DNA of 64,000 nt from NCBI RefSeq assembly GCF_000497125.1, contig NC_090602.1, forward strand, positions 868,001 to 932,000, read 5' to 3'. The notes beneath the pieces are model-generated. The model was not told the origin of the DNA. It did no database searches and saw nothing but the letters and a program-made list of their open reading frames with translations. The stretch's first letter is position 1; each line of letters starts with the position of its first letter. Below are positions 1-11,325 of the stretch, in pieces. Origin of the DNA: Spironucleus salmonicida. Lineage: Eukaryota. A program made the translations under genes and the position numbers.

Positions 1-398
1 CTACTAAATTGTCCCACAGCCCCCAGTGGACCTCGGCATCACACGCCTTATGGTCCACCCACACTGCGCAAACCAGCTACCCAGTGCAGCCGTGGCTCGC
101 TTTGCCGCCCACTCCGAAAATGCGGCCTGGGGCGATCGCACGTCCGCGCCAGCTCGCACTGAAGGCCATCTAGCTACCTTTGCGCGTAGGTGCTGTAGGC
201 GCAGCGGAACTGCATTCCTCCGCCAGTATACAATACCCGGAATGTGGATTGTTCTACCTCACCGTAAGTTGCTACCATATTTATTCTCCCTCCAGTTACA
301 CTCTGGCGAACTTATATACGCATATTCGCTAAATGGCCCTGCTCTTAAATTTAGTAACTGATTGTTATCGATATTCGCTGACTATTGCAATTGGTAAA

Positions 399-710
399 AT
401 GGGGGCAGACCTGGCTGCCGAGAAAACGCCCACCACCACCGAGCCGCAGACTCCCAAGTACAACGAATTCGCCCCAACGAGTATTTTTGCCCAAAAGGCC
501 ATCAAGCGCATCCGCTGGAAGCACTAGCTCAAGCAGTGGATCCTGGACGATCCCGCGGAGACAGCCACGCAGCTCACCCCGAGGAAAGCGCCGCCGTGCA
601 GACCTCCCGTTAAGCACACCGACCTTGCGATCCAAATTAATGTGAGCTAGGTGTTCAACCTCTCCAGCGAGGCGACATGCCAAGAGGGGGAGAAAGGTAC
701 GTGCGAGTGA
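399..710 (+). CDS. Small hypothetical protein (103 aa), 'MGAD' family, paralogue of 29628..29912
   Basis: Open in table 6 (MGADLAAEK...KGTCE), ends GAG-TGA; shares the motif F.PTS..AQ.A.KRIR...QL..W..DDP with 29628..29912. Confidence 0.65.
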
Positions 711-877
711 GTGAGCTGGAGTGCTGGTGGGTTGAGTAAATACTCTACAACACTCCTGTGCGAGCTATGTTGCATGCACACCTTTTGCCAGCCAATGAAA
801 TGTACGTCCTGGGAGTCGGAAACTGAGCCAGCCGTTGCACGTCAACGCCCATCGAAGTCACCATACGTGATAACCGT

Positions 878-925
878 CTGGTCCTGGCCATGCGCGTGCT
901 GCTGGGGCCGTCGGGCGCGGAGTGA
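878..925 (+). pseudogene. Orphan 3' fragment (LVLAMRVLLGPSGAE*) of gene 4765..5661
   Basis: Identical to 5614..5661 but upstream sequence is unrelated. Confidence 0.8.
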
Positions 926-1027
926 GGTTCAGCGGTTTCTGAGGGCAGTGCGATGCGCCCCCACTCCGGGCCGGACGCAATGGCGCCAGGGGATCTATCC
1001 CGAGCCTCCGCTCCACCCCCATCCGAA

Positions 1028-1261
1028 ATGTACCAGAACGAGATCCGGAAGAACTCGTCCTCGCTGCTCATGCTCGGCTCGGCGGGGCTCACGACCGAGG
1101 GGGGCATCGAGCAGAGGCGCGGGAAGCAGCAGGCCCAGGTCCGGCAGCGGGAGGACGGGCAGGCCGGGCGCGAGCAGCGGGAGAGGGCGCTGCTGGACTT
1201 CGCGGCGCTGCTGGACTCGGAGGAGTCGCTGGAGGTGTACGAGCGGCTGGCGCTGGAGTGA
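1028..1261 (+). CDS. Hypothetical 77-aa protein, copy 1
   Basis: GAAATG start (MYQNEIRKN...), very high GC3, ends GAG-TGA. Confidence 0.7.
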   Translation: MYQNEIRKNSSSLLMLGSAGLTTEGGIEQRRGKQQAQVRQREDGQAGREQRERALLDFAALLDSEESLEVYERLALE

Positions 1262-1341
1262 GCGGCGGCGCCCGGTGCCTGGTGGGGAGTAGGTGCCCCT
1301 CCGCCCAGTAAGTGCGCGCTGCCACTGGACATGCCAAAATG

Positions 1342-1413
1342 CGCGGTTACCGGGAATTGAACCCGGGTCTCGCACGTGACAAGCGCAAATACTTACCACT
1401 ATACTATAACCGC
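1342..1413 (-). tRNA. tRNA-Asp (GTC), copy 1
   Basis: Acceptor GCGGTTA/TAACCGC, D-loop AGTGGTAA, anticodon arm TGCGC-TTGTCAC-GTGCG, T arm CCGGG-TTCAATT-CCCGG, discriminator G, followed by TTTT. Confidence 0.95.
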
Positions 1414-1955
1414 ATGCCAAAATAATTATATGTATTAAAAATAGTACTAAATCATAAAAATAATGCGAACTGAAACAAAGTAAACTAACAGATTATTTAG
1501 CAATATTGATATTCATAGATTATGCTTTGAGTAATTAAATTTTCATTAAAGTAATTTCAAGGATATATATTTAGCCACTGATTTTAATGCTACAATTTTT
1601 ATACCAACCTGCTTCAGTAGATAATGTAATTATTTTTTAAGTTTAAGAAATTCAACTACTTCAATAATTATTAGTTTATGCAATAAAATATTTAAAATTA
1701 AGTAATAAAATTTAAAAGCACAATAATATGCATCTAATAAATTAATCAAATCGATTGTTGATATTGTTTTATTGTATCAACCTAAATCAAGCTTACAACC
1801 AGAAATAATATTAAAATAAGATAAGTGGCTAGTATGTATTTTCAAATAATATCTAGTATCTTTCCTAGTTTAGTTATATTTTTTATAGGTAAGGATAATT
1901 GAGACATACATATTTTATACATAACTATTCATAATATTAATAAAAGCACTTTAAA

Positions 1956-2360
1956 ATGTCTATTGATCATTCCAATAATAGCACTCCTTTAGAGCTGAAA
2001 AAAGATACAGTATTACTTGCTTTATGTGGAGATTCATTATAGTAAATATCTCTTCATGGTTTAAATAACCTTATTGAACTCAACCTAGCAGAAAATACTA
2101 AAATAAGGCTGGAGGACTCATTTATTCCACCATCAGTGTAAAGAATAGATGCGACAAACTGCAATTTGGAACTTGATCTCTAAAATTTGACATAACTTCG
2201 TAAGTTATATATTTCACTATAGAGTAACGTAACATTTAAAAATGGATGCATTCCGCTTTAAGTGTTCAAGTTTTGGACACCAAATCAAAAAACTTTTCAT
2301 TCATTTCTAAAACTGGTTGAAGTTCATAGCTAAATTTAATAATTAAAAGATTGTAAGTGA
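1956..2360 (+). CDS. Short leucine-rich-repeat-like protein (134 aa)
   Basis: Open in table 6; LHGLNNLIELNLAEN and LQNLTQLRKLYIS are LRR-like; ends AAG-TGA. Confidence 0.65.
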
Positions 2361-2755
2361 TATTTCTATATTCTATCCATTTTGCTTAGTGTTATGATAT
2401 CAATATGCTATTAGTTAAATTACTACGAGTTTTAACAGAATATTATTTATAAATTTAATAATCTTTATCTAACCGTATCAATAAGTGCTTAATTTTCAGC
2501 ATGAGCAATTTAAAATTATATATTTAAATTTATTAATACACTATTCATTATCTTTTATCAAAATCTTATCGTTAATCTTATTTGAGAATTTTTGTTTTTA
2601 TAAATAAATTCCGTTTATCATGTTACTACCTATTTAAATCTTTGTAGTGAAAATGTAGTTTTATAAAGTTTGGTCTTAGTCTCTAATTTAAATATTTATC
2701 TTGTTAAATAAATTTCCATACTTAACAAAAAATTCATCACTCATAATGTATCCGA

Positions 2756-4297
2756 TCAAAAATCAGAATCACTAAATCCTAAGCCTAAATCATCGCTACT
2801 TTCTATTGCACGTTTTGCAGCCTTATGATGGTCCTTTTTCATAATCTACTACAAGAAGCTATCATCCTCTGAGCTCTCAATTATTTATTTTTTCATAGGT
2901 TTTGCGACCTTGGCAACTTTTTTAGCAACTTTAACTGGCGATTTTTTAATTTATTTTTTAGGAAGTTTAGGTTTAGGCGCTTCTATTGAAATGTCTAACG
3001 TAGAATCTAGAGTTTCATCTCCATTTAATAAACCTTTTATAACATCTTATGAACTTTATTTTGGTATCCTTACAACACTATCAGGACGCTTTTGTGGTAC
3101 TTTTGCGACTATTTTGTCAATATTAAACTCACTTAGAGAATCGTCAATTTAGGACATAGTTGAATTTTTTGGCTTTTTCTAGACATTCTACTCGTCTATT
3201 CCACTTGATATCATAGAGAAATTATGTTCTAGAGCTAAATCAGCGTCTTTTGACCTGTTATTTTGACTGAAAGCATTAATTTTCTTAGCATCAGATACCA
3301 TATTATCGATTTCCTCGATCTATCGCGCGGCCTGCTTGTTGAACTCAATATGCTTATTAATTTTATCTTCATTCAAAGCAATTTCTGAGAAATCAACATC
3401 CAACTCTATAGAGGTATTCGCAACATTATTACTAATTGGAGGTGCCAAAGGAGCCTAATTTTGCTAAATTTACGGCTATTAGCTCTAATTTTGTCGCTAC
3501 TACAACTAGCTATATTGCACCGCATTGCTACCCTGCTAATTCTGCTAATTCTGCCCGTAATTAAACGCCGGAATCTGGTTTCCAGCACCATATTAATTTT
3601 GCTATCCAAATTGCTGCCAATTCCCATTTCCAGTCGGCTGCTAATTCCACCCATTAAAAGCCTATTATTATACGTTATTTTACTGATAACTCGCAAAATT
3701 TCCATTCTGCTGCATTTGCGCATCCAGCTGCTTCTGCAAAGTGCCCCTGTAGAGATTTTGCATTATTTCGTCCCGCATGACGTCCTGAATTTTGGGCTCG
3801 AAAAACGCAATTTCCTGCGTGCTGATTTTGTCGTTTCCGGCGACTGTCGCGACGCCGATTTGGCCGCTGACGTGCCCGAAACGCGGCTGGAACTGGTCCA
3901 TCTGCAGCTCCTCCACGATCTGCCGCGTGGAGGTCTGGTAGTCGAAGGGCGCGCAGGGCGCGCGCCCGACCTGCTGCTGCACGACCTCCGGGGCGCGCTG
4001 CTGGCTGCGCTCCATCGTCAGCAGAGCCTGCGCCTGCGCGACGTATTTTAGGTTGTTCTCGGCGTTCCGGCGCTGGAATTTCGCTATTTCGGCCTCGTCG
4101 TACGCGCGCACGCGGTAGGGCCGCACCTGGCGGTCGCCGACGAAAATCTGCGCCGGCGCGACGTACGTCAGAGGCCGCGGCTGGTGCGCTGCCAGCGTTG
4201 AAAAACCGGGGTGGGCGTGCGCTGCGGAGGTCGGGAAGTAGTCCGGGAGCTGCAGGGATGTAGCCGGGGGCGCGGTTTCGAGCGGGTGCAGCTGCAT
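2756..4297 (-). CDS. Hypothetical protein (513 aa), Gln/Asn-rich centre, Lys/Asp-rich tail
   Basis: MQLHPLETAPP... open in table 6 to SDSDF*; AGTGA lies just downstream. Confidence 0.75.
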
Positions 4298-4430
4298 TTT
4301 TGGAAATGTGGAGTGGTGAAAAATAGTCATATATAGGATATATAAGTGTTGGTATGTGTGTAATGGAATGGGGGAGGGGGAGGGAGGGTTCGAAATAATA
4401 TATATGTGTAGGTATATTAATATTAATAAG

Positions 4431-4603
4431 AATATCAATATCAATATCAATATCAATATCAATATCAATATCAATATCAATATCAATATCAATATCAATA
4501 TCAATATCAATATCAATATCAATATCAATATCAATATCAATATCAATATCAATATCAATATCAATATCAATATCAATATCAATATCAATATCAATATCAA
4601 TAT
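4431..4603. repeat. Microsatellite (AATATC)28
   Basis: Perfect hexamer array between two divergently oriented genes. Confidence 0.98.
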
Positions 4604-4764
4604 GTGCTCTGATGGGGCGCATGCTGTACAGACTGGTGGGTGTAGGGGCGACGGAGACTCGGACTGCTACAAAGAAGGTAGAATCATGGGAATCTGATCG
4701 CGGAAAGTGGAAGGCGGGGAAACTTGGTATTATATATGCAGAACGCCAGGCGCGCCCTGCCGAA

Positions 4765-5661
4765 ATGACCCAGATGCACGTAATTGCCGCGGAGGCCGAG
4801 TACGGCGCCATCAAGTTCGGCTGGAACACCGCCATCATCTGTGTCGACTACGTGGACGAGCAGCTGGTGCTGATGTCGAAGCAGGTCGGGTACGTCGTGA
4901 AGTCCCCCAAGCCCAGCCCCGCCCTTACGGCCGTCTTCAACAGCATGAAGACGGTGTTCTCCCTGGAGCACTTCGACGACCTGGCCTTCGTTTTCAACTT
5001 CGGCGCGGAGAGCACCTACCGCAAGGAGCTGTTCCCCAGCCGCGTCGAGGGCGGGGCCGCCCATCAGCACATCGAGGAGTTCATTACCGAGTTCCTGCGC
5101 AACAGGGCAGCACTCGGGCAGCCCAAGATGGCCATCCAGATTGCTAGTCCGGCGGCGCCACAGGCCAGCAGTGACGAGCGCGGCGAGCTGGTCATATTCG
5201 GCCAGCGCGTGGGCTTCTCGATCGTGGTGAGCCCCGAAGACTACGCGAAGGTCCGGGTGTCCGGGAAGGTCGTGTTCGACTGCCTCGTGACGGAGGACCA
5301 GGAGATCGAGCTGCTGCAGATCCTGGACGAGACGCTCCACCTGTACATCATCCTGGCACCGGAGGACCAGAACCTGCAGGCCATCCAGAAGTGCATGGCG
5401 GCCGCGCACTACCTTCCGATCCCCGACGACATGGCGACGGCCAACGCCTTCTTCTGCGTCGACGGCAGCCGCCAGCAGGCCGTGTACGACCTCATCGACG
5501 ACGCCTCGCTGTTCGACAGATTCGGCTGCAGCCCCACGGAGTATGTCGAGCCCGCGGACAACGAGAACGAGATCCAGGACGTGCAGAACAACCTGCGGTA
5601 CTACGCCGAGGAGCTGGTCCTGGCCATGCGCGTGCTGCTGGGGCCGTCGGGCGCGGAGTGA
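4765..5661 (+). CDS. Hypothetical protein (298 aa)
   Basis: GAAATG start (MTQMHVIAAE...), strong GC3 bias, ends GAG-TGA. Confidence 0.8.
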   Translation: MTQMHVIAAEAEYGAIKFGWNTAIICVDYVDEQLVLMSKQVGYVVKSPKPSPALTAVFNSMKTVFSLEHFDDLAFVFNFGAESTYRKELFPSRVEGGAAHQHIEEFITEFLRNRAALGQPKMAIQIASPAAPQASSDERGELVIFGQRVGFSIVVSPEDYAKVRVSGKVVFDCLVTEDQEIELLQILDETLHLYIILAPEDQNLQAIQKCMAAAHYLPIPDDMATANAFFCVDGSRQQAVYDLIDDASLFDRFGCSPTEYVEPADNENEIQDVQNNLRYYAEELVLAMRVLLGPSGAE

Positions 5662-5763
5662 GGTTCAGCGGTTTCTGAGGGCAGTGCGATGCGCCCCCAC
5701 TCCGGGCCGGACGCAATGGCGCCAGGGGATCTATCCCTAGCCTCCGCTCCACCCCCATCCGAA

Positions 5764-5997
5764 ATGTACCAGAACGAGATCCGGAAGAACTCGTCCTCGC
5801 TGCTCATGCTCGGCTCGGCGGGGCTCACGACCGAGGGGGGCATCGAGCAGAGGCGCGGGAAGCAGCAGGCCCAGGTCCGGCAGCGGGAGGACGGGCAGGC
5901 CGGGCGCGAGCAGCGGGAGAGGGCGCTGCTGGACTTCGCGGCGCTGCTGGACTCGGAGGAGTCGCTGGAGGTGTACGAGCGGCTGGCGCTGGAGTGA
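5764..5997 (+). CDS. Hypothetical 77-aa protein, copy 2
   Basis: Same protein as 1028..1261. Confidence 0.7.
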   Translation: MYQNEIRKNSSSLLMLGSAGLTTEGGIEQRRGKQQAQVRQREDGQAGREQRERALLDFAALLDSEESLEVYERLALE

Positions 5998-6077
5998 GCG
6001 GCGGCGCCCGGTGCCTGGTGGGGAGTAGGTGCCCCTCCGCCCAGTAAGTGCGCGCTGCCACTGGAAATGCCAAAATG

Positions 6078-6149
6078 CGCGGTTACCGGGAATTGAACCC
6101 GGGTCTCGCACGTGACAAGCGCAAATACTTACCACTATACTATAACCGC
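6078..6149 (-). tRNA. tRNA-Asp (GTC), copy 2
   Basis: Identical to 1342..1413. Confidence 0.95.
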
Positions 6150-6387
6150 ATGCCAAATGGCCCTTTGCCCAGGACCCGCCCGGTAATGTCCCACGCTCGC
6201 CCATGTAGGCCCGGCCGAACTTTGCCAGGTTTGGTGCGCGCATGCTTTCGTTGGGGGCTGATATGCGAGGAACCCTTGGCCTCATCGGTGCTACGAGACT
6301 AATCGCCAAGGAATGCTAGTCTAGGCCTCTTGCACCGGAACGACAGGCGGGCGACGCTTCCTGCTCAGCTGCATCCCACAACACGCA

Positions 6388-6732
6388 ATGAAAATTTTTG
6401 TGACAAGCAGCCACTGCGCGAGTGTAAGAGCGAGGCTTAGCGCGCTGAATGTGCTGGTGGCCCATGGCACAGTATGCCAGATGCACCATGGCCAGGAAGC
6501 GCTATCCCTAGAGTTTGGCGCCGGCATCGCGTAGCCCGTGCTGCAGCTGCTGGAAACCCTATACGTGATGGGCTTGGTTGACGAGGTGATCCCCAGGGGC
6601 CTAACGCTGGCCAAACAGCTGCAGGCGGTGCACCGCGGCATCCTGCCACTGCGGGACTGCAACTGCTTTTTTGCTGACGACACGGAGGGCGCACGCGGCT
6701 TGGAGCAGCAGCCTGAAAACCTGAGAAGCTGA
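6388..6732 (+). CDS. Hypothetical protein (114 aa)
   Basis: MKIFVTSSHC...ENLRS* with one TAG; converges on 6750..6896. Confidence 0.5.
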
Positions 6733-6749
6733 CTTAGTAAGTTATTTGG

Positions 6750-6896
6750 TCACTGCGAACGCTCCGCGAACACCTTGAGCGCCTTGGGCTCCGCTATGTC
6801 GTCGTTGGTGATTTCCTAGATGGCGTCCTTTCGGTACCAGTACGGGAATCGTCCGCAGCAGACTGTTTGGGCATCCACCTAAGCCATGAAATCCAT
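6750..6896 (-). CDS. Small hypothetical protein (48 aa)
   Basis: MDFMAQVDAQTVCCGRFPYWYRK...ERSQ*, AT-rich then C-rich upstream, ends CAG-TGA. Confidence 0.5.
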
Positions 6897-7041
6897 TGTA
6901 GCCGTTAGTAGAGAGTGGGTATAAATAAATAAAATAAAGTTAACGCCTGCTAGACACTATTCCAAGTCATGTCGCTGTGCACTGCCTCAGGGTCTCCCCT
7001 TTTGTGGAGGGCTTACTCTTGCATTCATTAGAAATTAGTGA

Positions 7042-7563
7042 TCACTTTTCAACAACGTTGACTTCGAACTCCTTAGTAACATAGTCAACGGCGTCTTATT
7101 AGGAGATTCTGTGAGGGGCACCAACACGAGTTTAGTTGTGCTTCCTCTTGGAAACACGGAGTCCGGGTCTAGCGAGGACAACGTAGAAATCCATACCATA
7201 GATACCAACGGAAGGATCATACTTGAGACCGAGATCGATATGCTCAGTGATACCAAAACCGAAGTTACCTTCAGGGGAGAAGCAAGCCTGGGGAAGTTCA
7301 TAAGCCTTAACACGGAGAGCACGCTCGAGGATATCAAGAGCCTTATCACCACGAACAGTAACGTAAGCGGAGATCTTCTGTCCACGACGGATACCAAACT
7401 GTCTGACAGTAAGACGAGACTTACCGAAAGAAGGAGCCTGACCGGTGAGCTGAGTAAGAACCTTAGTGGCCTTAGTAAGTTAGTCGGTTTCACCACCGAT
7501 ACAGGTATGTACGATGAGTTTTTCGATTCTGATCTTTCTCATTACGTTTTCAGAGGTAGTCAT
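7042..7563 (-). CDS. RPL11: 60S ribosomal protein L11 (uL5), 173 aa
   Basis: [52 protein letters not shown]; 4 in-frame TAA; ends AAG-TGA. Confidence 0.97.
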
Positions 7564-7645
7564 GACAAAGGAATGGAAAATTATTTCTAATTTAAATTTA
7601 TAATCATATTAATGCATAAAATAATATATAAAAGCGTAAGGGAAA

Positions 7646-7885
7646 ATGAACATTTTACCAATTTGCTTAAGCCATGAAGGTTAATTTGATATTAATAAAA
7701 TCTCGAATTAAGACGGTTCAGTGACTTTTAGAGGTCACAGAATGACTAAAATTGAGTCCAAATTACCTGAAAATTATTCTATTTTTTGCATGAAGAAACA
7801 GTCTAAAACTTTAAATGTTTACACTGAAGGTTAATAATTTCCTGATCTAATCGATTTAAAGAACTTATTCGATAAAATGATGTGA
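7646..7885 (+). CDS. Putative miniature RNase H2 subunit C (79 aa)
   Basis: ILPICLSHEG and SVTFRGHRM...KLPENYSIF resemble the LLPC...DG and (A/S).FRGR.L.G..V.LP.GY motifs of RNase H2C. Confidence 0.55.
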
Positions 7886-8233
7886 TGTATTATTAAGATT
7901 ATGATTATACTGCTGTATAATATAAGTTTTGCAAGTTATTTTTACTTACTATATGTATGATATACTAGTGTTAAGATAAATCAAATTAATCACATTGTTG
8001 AAATCAAATTTAATTTATACGATAATAATAATAATAATAAAAGTTACATTAGATAATAATAATATGTTTATCCCTCCCTAATACGTATATTTGAAGTCGT
8101 ATACGAATTATATAGATAAACCCAATATATTAAATACCATTCTATAATTTCTATTATTGTATAGTTAGGAAACCGATCTAATACGCATTATATTAACATA
8201 TTTTCCCAGATTATATATTTAAATTAATTTAAA

Positions 8234-9412
8234 ATGGCAGTCATCCCCTCTAGAGCCTGGTTCGTCATTATAGGCATGCTTTGCTTTGGAGCCACTTCCA
8301 CACTATCAGCAAAGGGCATGCAATAGTTTACTATTGCCCCATGTGAAGGTTGTCCTCCCATCCAGTTCAACCACCCTTACGTGTAAACTCTGTTTATGTT
8401 CGGTGGATAATTTTTTAATTTAATTGTCCACTATATCATAGAGTTTATTAGAGTCCAAAGAAACGTTGCCAAGGAACCCCTCAAAGAAGGAAAATCATAT
8501 TACAAGTTTTTTCCGCACGTATTTCTTTTCCTCATCCCAACCATGTGCGATACTGCAGGTTCTACTCTGTACAACGTTGGACTGTTTTATTCAGATCCAT
8601 CTGTTTACTAAATTCTGAGAAACGTGAGAATAATTTTTGTCGCGATGTTCTCAGCAATGATTTGGCGAGACTTCCGTTAGAAATTCGATCTTCCACAAAT
8701 ACTCGGCTTGATAATATTATTTACAGGGGCGATGATAAGTACACTTTCGTCGGTTCTGTTTGATTCTACTCAAAGTCAGGCACTGAACCCATTACTGGGC
8801 AGTGCACTAACGATTATCGGTTGTATTTTTTCTGCAATGTTCGTGATCTCACAGGAAATTTTCTTGCGTAAAATTCAGTTAACATGCTTCCTGGGCGTTG
8901 GAAATGAGGGTGCATGGGGTATCTTGCTTTACGCCATATTATTGCCTATTTTCAACTCACAAATTAACCCATTTTCTTCTTCAAACGAAGTCTTTGACGA
9001 CGTCAATGCCTGGGCGTTTTAGATACGGTAGTCTCCTTCCGAAATCGCAATCCTAATCGGCTACATGTTCGCCACGATGGGGCTGAACTATTGCGGCATG
9101 GAGGTCACAAGGAGGGTTTCTGCAGCAACACGATCGACGTTCGACGCGTGCAGGACTATTTTAGTCTGGGCGATGTCTCTCGCCGTGGGCTGGGAGACGT
9201 GGGAAATACGCTCCACACTGACACGAATTGGAGGCTTCGTTCTAGTCTGCGCAGGCGTGTTTTTATACAACAACCTGCTCAGGGCAGTTCCGTTTTTAAG
9301 GACGGAGAACAAACTGCTTTACGGCAAGAAAAAACCCACCAGCGTCAAATAAGTGGAAAATACCTCCGGATCGTAGGAACCGTCGAACGGCCTTATTGCC
9401 GTCACTGAATGA
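8234..9412 (+). CDS. SLC35F6-like drug/metabolite (nucleotide-sugar type) transporter, 392 aa
   Basis: About 10 hydrophobic helices; FNHPYVQTLFMFGG, SVYQILR (Q=TAA), VGNEGAWG, SAATRSTFDACRTILVW. Confidence 0.88.
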
Positions 9413-9438
9413 TATTTTGCGTGTGATTAAAATTCTGA

Positions 9439-9984
9439 TCACTTGAAAAATTGACGAATATACTAAATAGCCTAGTTCAATTTTGAATTCGATTTTTCGC
9501 TCCTCCATTCCATTCCAACCAGGACCTCTTTATCGACCTCAATTTCGAAATCGCAGCAGTTTTAAATGCCGTAAATGCTGCCGCTGACGTCCAGAATGCC
9601 ATTTTCGCGCAGTTCCCCGCCAGCGAACAGCTTGATTTTTGTCTTTCCGTGAAGAGGGAAAATCGTGACATTTTTGGGCGTTTTCGTCGTAAAACGCGTC
9701 TTCCCGCGCGGCGCGGGCGTGAACGCCGAGCTGTTTAGGACCAAAGTGACGTCGCTGCCGTGCAGCAGCGCCGTCTGGAACGACTTGAAAATTGAGACCA
9801 AATTAGGCGCTACGAAGAGGAGCTTCCGGTGGTCCGTTGGCGCGTTGTCGGGGTGCGCGGGAATCGCATTGTGGGTGAGATTCAGCGGCAGAGCGATTTT
9901 TTCATGATTGGAAAGGTAAAACTTTTCCACTGGCGGGATAGTGGCGAACTGCACTGAGTCGAGGAGGCGCAGATCTACGGTCAT
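9439..9984 (-). CDS. Divergent thiamine pyrophosphokinase-like protein (181 aa)
   Basis: LLDSV resembles GDFDS, DNAPTDHRKLL resembles DQD.TDF.K.L, beta-rich tail VTIFPLHG...GIQN; ends AAG-TGA. The ORF is solid, the family call is tentative. Confidence 0.45.
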
Positions 9985-10068
9985 TTTGGTGGAGTGAAAT
10001 TGTATATAGTTAGTATATAATAATGATGAAAATAATGATGAAAATATACGATAATTATACAAAATTAT

Positions 10069-11055
10069 TCACGTTTCTGACTGGATAACGTGATTCTAAA
10101 TCTTAACTACACACCCTTAAATTACGATTTTAACGTCATTTTAAACCAATTTCTGCACGCTTACAACATTTTTGAAGAAAACTACGAAGCCGTTGTATCT
10201 AGGAGTGATTTCGCGAATTTCACCAAAAATGCTAAAGGTTTCGAATATTTCGTTAATAGACGTGATTTTAGCTAAATTTGTTAAAACAACACTGTTTAAA
10301 CTAGCTTACTAGGGTATCTGTTTCTTCTCAACTTATTATTATTTTTACTGCACATTCTATATAACATTATTAAGCTAAACAGCCCCAGCAATATTTATTT
10401 TTTATTTCTAATAAGAATGTTATTATACATTATGATCAATATATGTGTCTTTTTTAGTCGGGACCTAAACCTGGTTTGACTCTACGATTTTCTAATCATA
10501 CCCTCTTGCAACGAGCTGGAAAACCTCATTATCAGATACTTTACCATTTCTTGCGTCAGCTTCAGCAGTTTCTATAATATTAAGATAATTTCTTCCAATT
10601 CTCGACATTAAGAAGTTAGAAAAATCTACTGGAAAAAGAAGAGAAAGCCCTAATTTAGCATCATTTTCACTTGGAAAAATACAATTAGCAGACTGTGTTC
10701 GAGACTTAGACATGAAAATATTAACAAACGACGGTTAATACTTATGGTGTATTAAATACTCATTAGTATATATTTAAAGTTCGTCCTGTGAAACAAAAGC
10801 TGGAATTCTATTCAGCACAACAGTTTTTGAGGAATCCTTAGGAAGCTCTAAACGAAGCTCTTAGCCAAGTACCACTAATTTGAGAGTAGGAAACGCTTAC
10901 ACCAAACTAACGAAATCTTTAGCTTAGAAACCAATTTCAGCGTTATAATCAGATAAGATTTTAACAGACGTCAGTTGCACTGGCGCCAGTGCCGCCTTTA
11001 TCTCCCCCACCGAGACGTTTTCAGGAACGCGCTTAATGAATGCGACCATGGACAT
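10069..11055 (-). CDS. RNA-binding protein with three RRM-like domains (328 aa)
   Basis: AFIKRVPENVSVGEI, VVLNRIPAFVSQDEL, VVLTNLAKITSINEIFETFSIFGEI...GFVVF. Confidence 0.75.
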
Positions 11056-11119
11056 TTGATAAAGGAACGGAAAATATATATACATTATTATATATTAATA
11101 ATCACATAATATTTTTAAA

Positions 11120-11323
11120 ATGAACGACTTTAAAGCCCTCAAAGACGTGTTTTTCGCGGCTAAAGCCAGCAAGTCCGAATTCCAGAATGAGGTAAAATCG
11201 CAGGTAATCCAGTTTTTAACCTCCCCTTCCCTGGACCAAATTCATGCTCAAATTCTCACCTAAGCAGCCTCTGCCCTCAACGACTTCGCGCTGGAGTCCG
11301 CAAAAGCGCTCGGGCTGCTCTGA
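11120..11323 (+). CDS. Small hypothetical helical protein (67 aa)
   Basis: AAAATG after an AT-rich bidirectional intergenic region; stop lies 2 nt from the convergent gene's stop. Confidence 0.6.
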
Positions 11324-11325
11324 GC

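Larger units (their letters stand above)
878..1421 (+). repeat. Direct segmental duplication, copy 1 (544 bp; partner 5614..6157)
   Basis: Offset 4736, only 2 substitutions seen; carries the 3' tip of gene 4765..5661, a 77-aa gene and tRNA-Asp. Confidence 0.95.
5614..6157 (+). repeat. Direct segmental duplication, copy 2 (partner 878..1421)
   Basis: Near-identical to 878..1421. Confidence 0.95.

Noticed and set aside
1-360. Possible gene at the window start
   Set aside because: Several frames are open on both strands and none could be preferred
3675-4838. ORFs with IDIDID / ILILIL / NINI runs
   Set aside because: Translations of the (AATATC)n microsatellite
6950-7041. SECIS element downstream of RPL11
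   Set aside because: ATGA/GA core lacks a proper helix and RPL11 ends at its normal length
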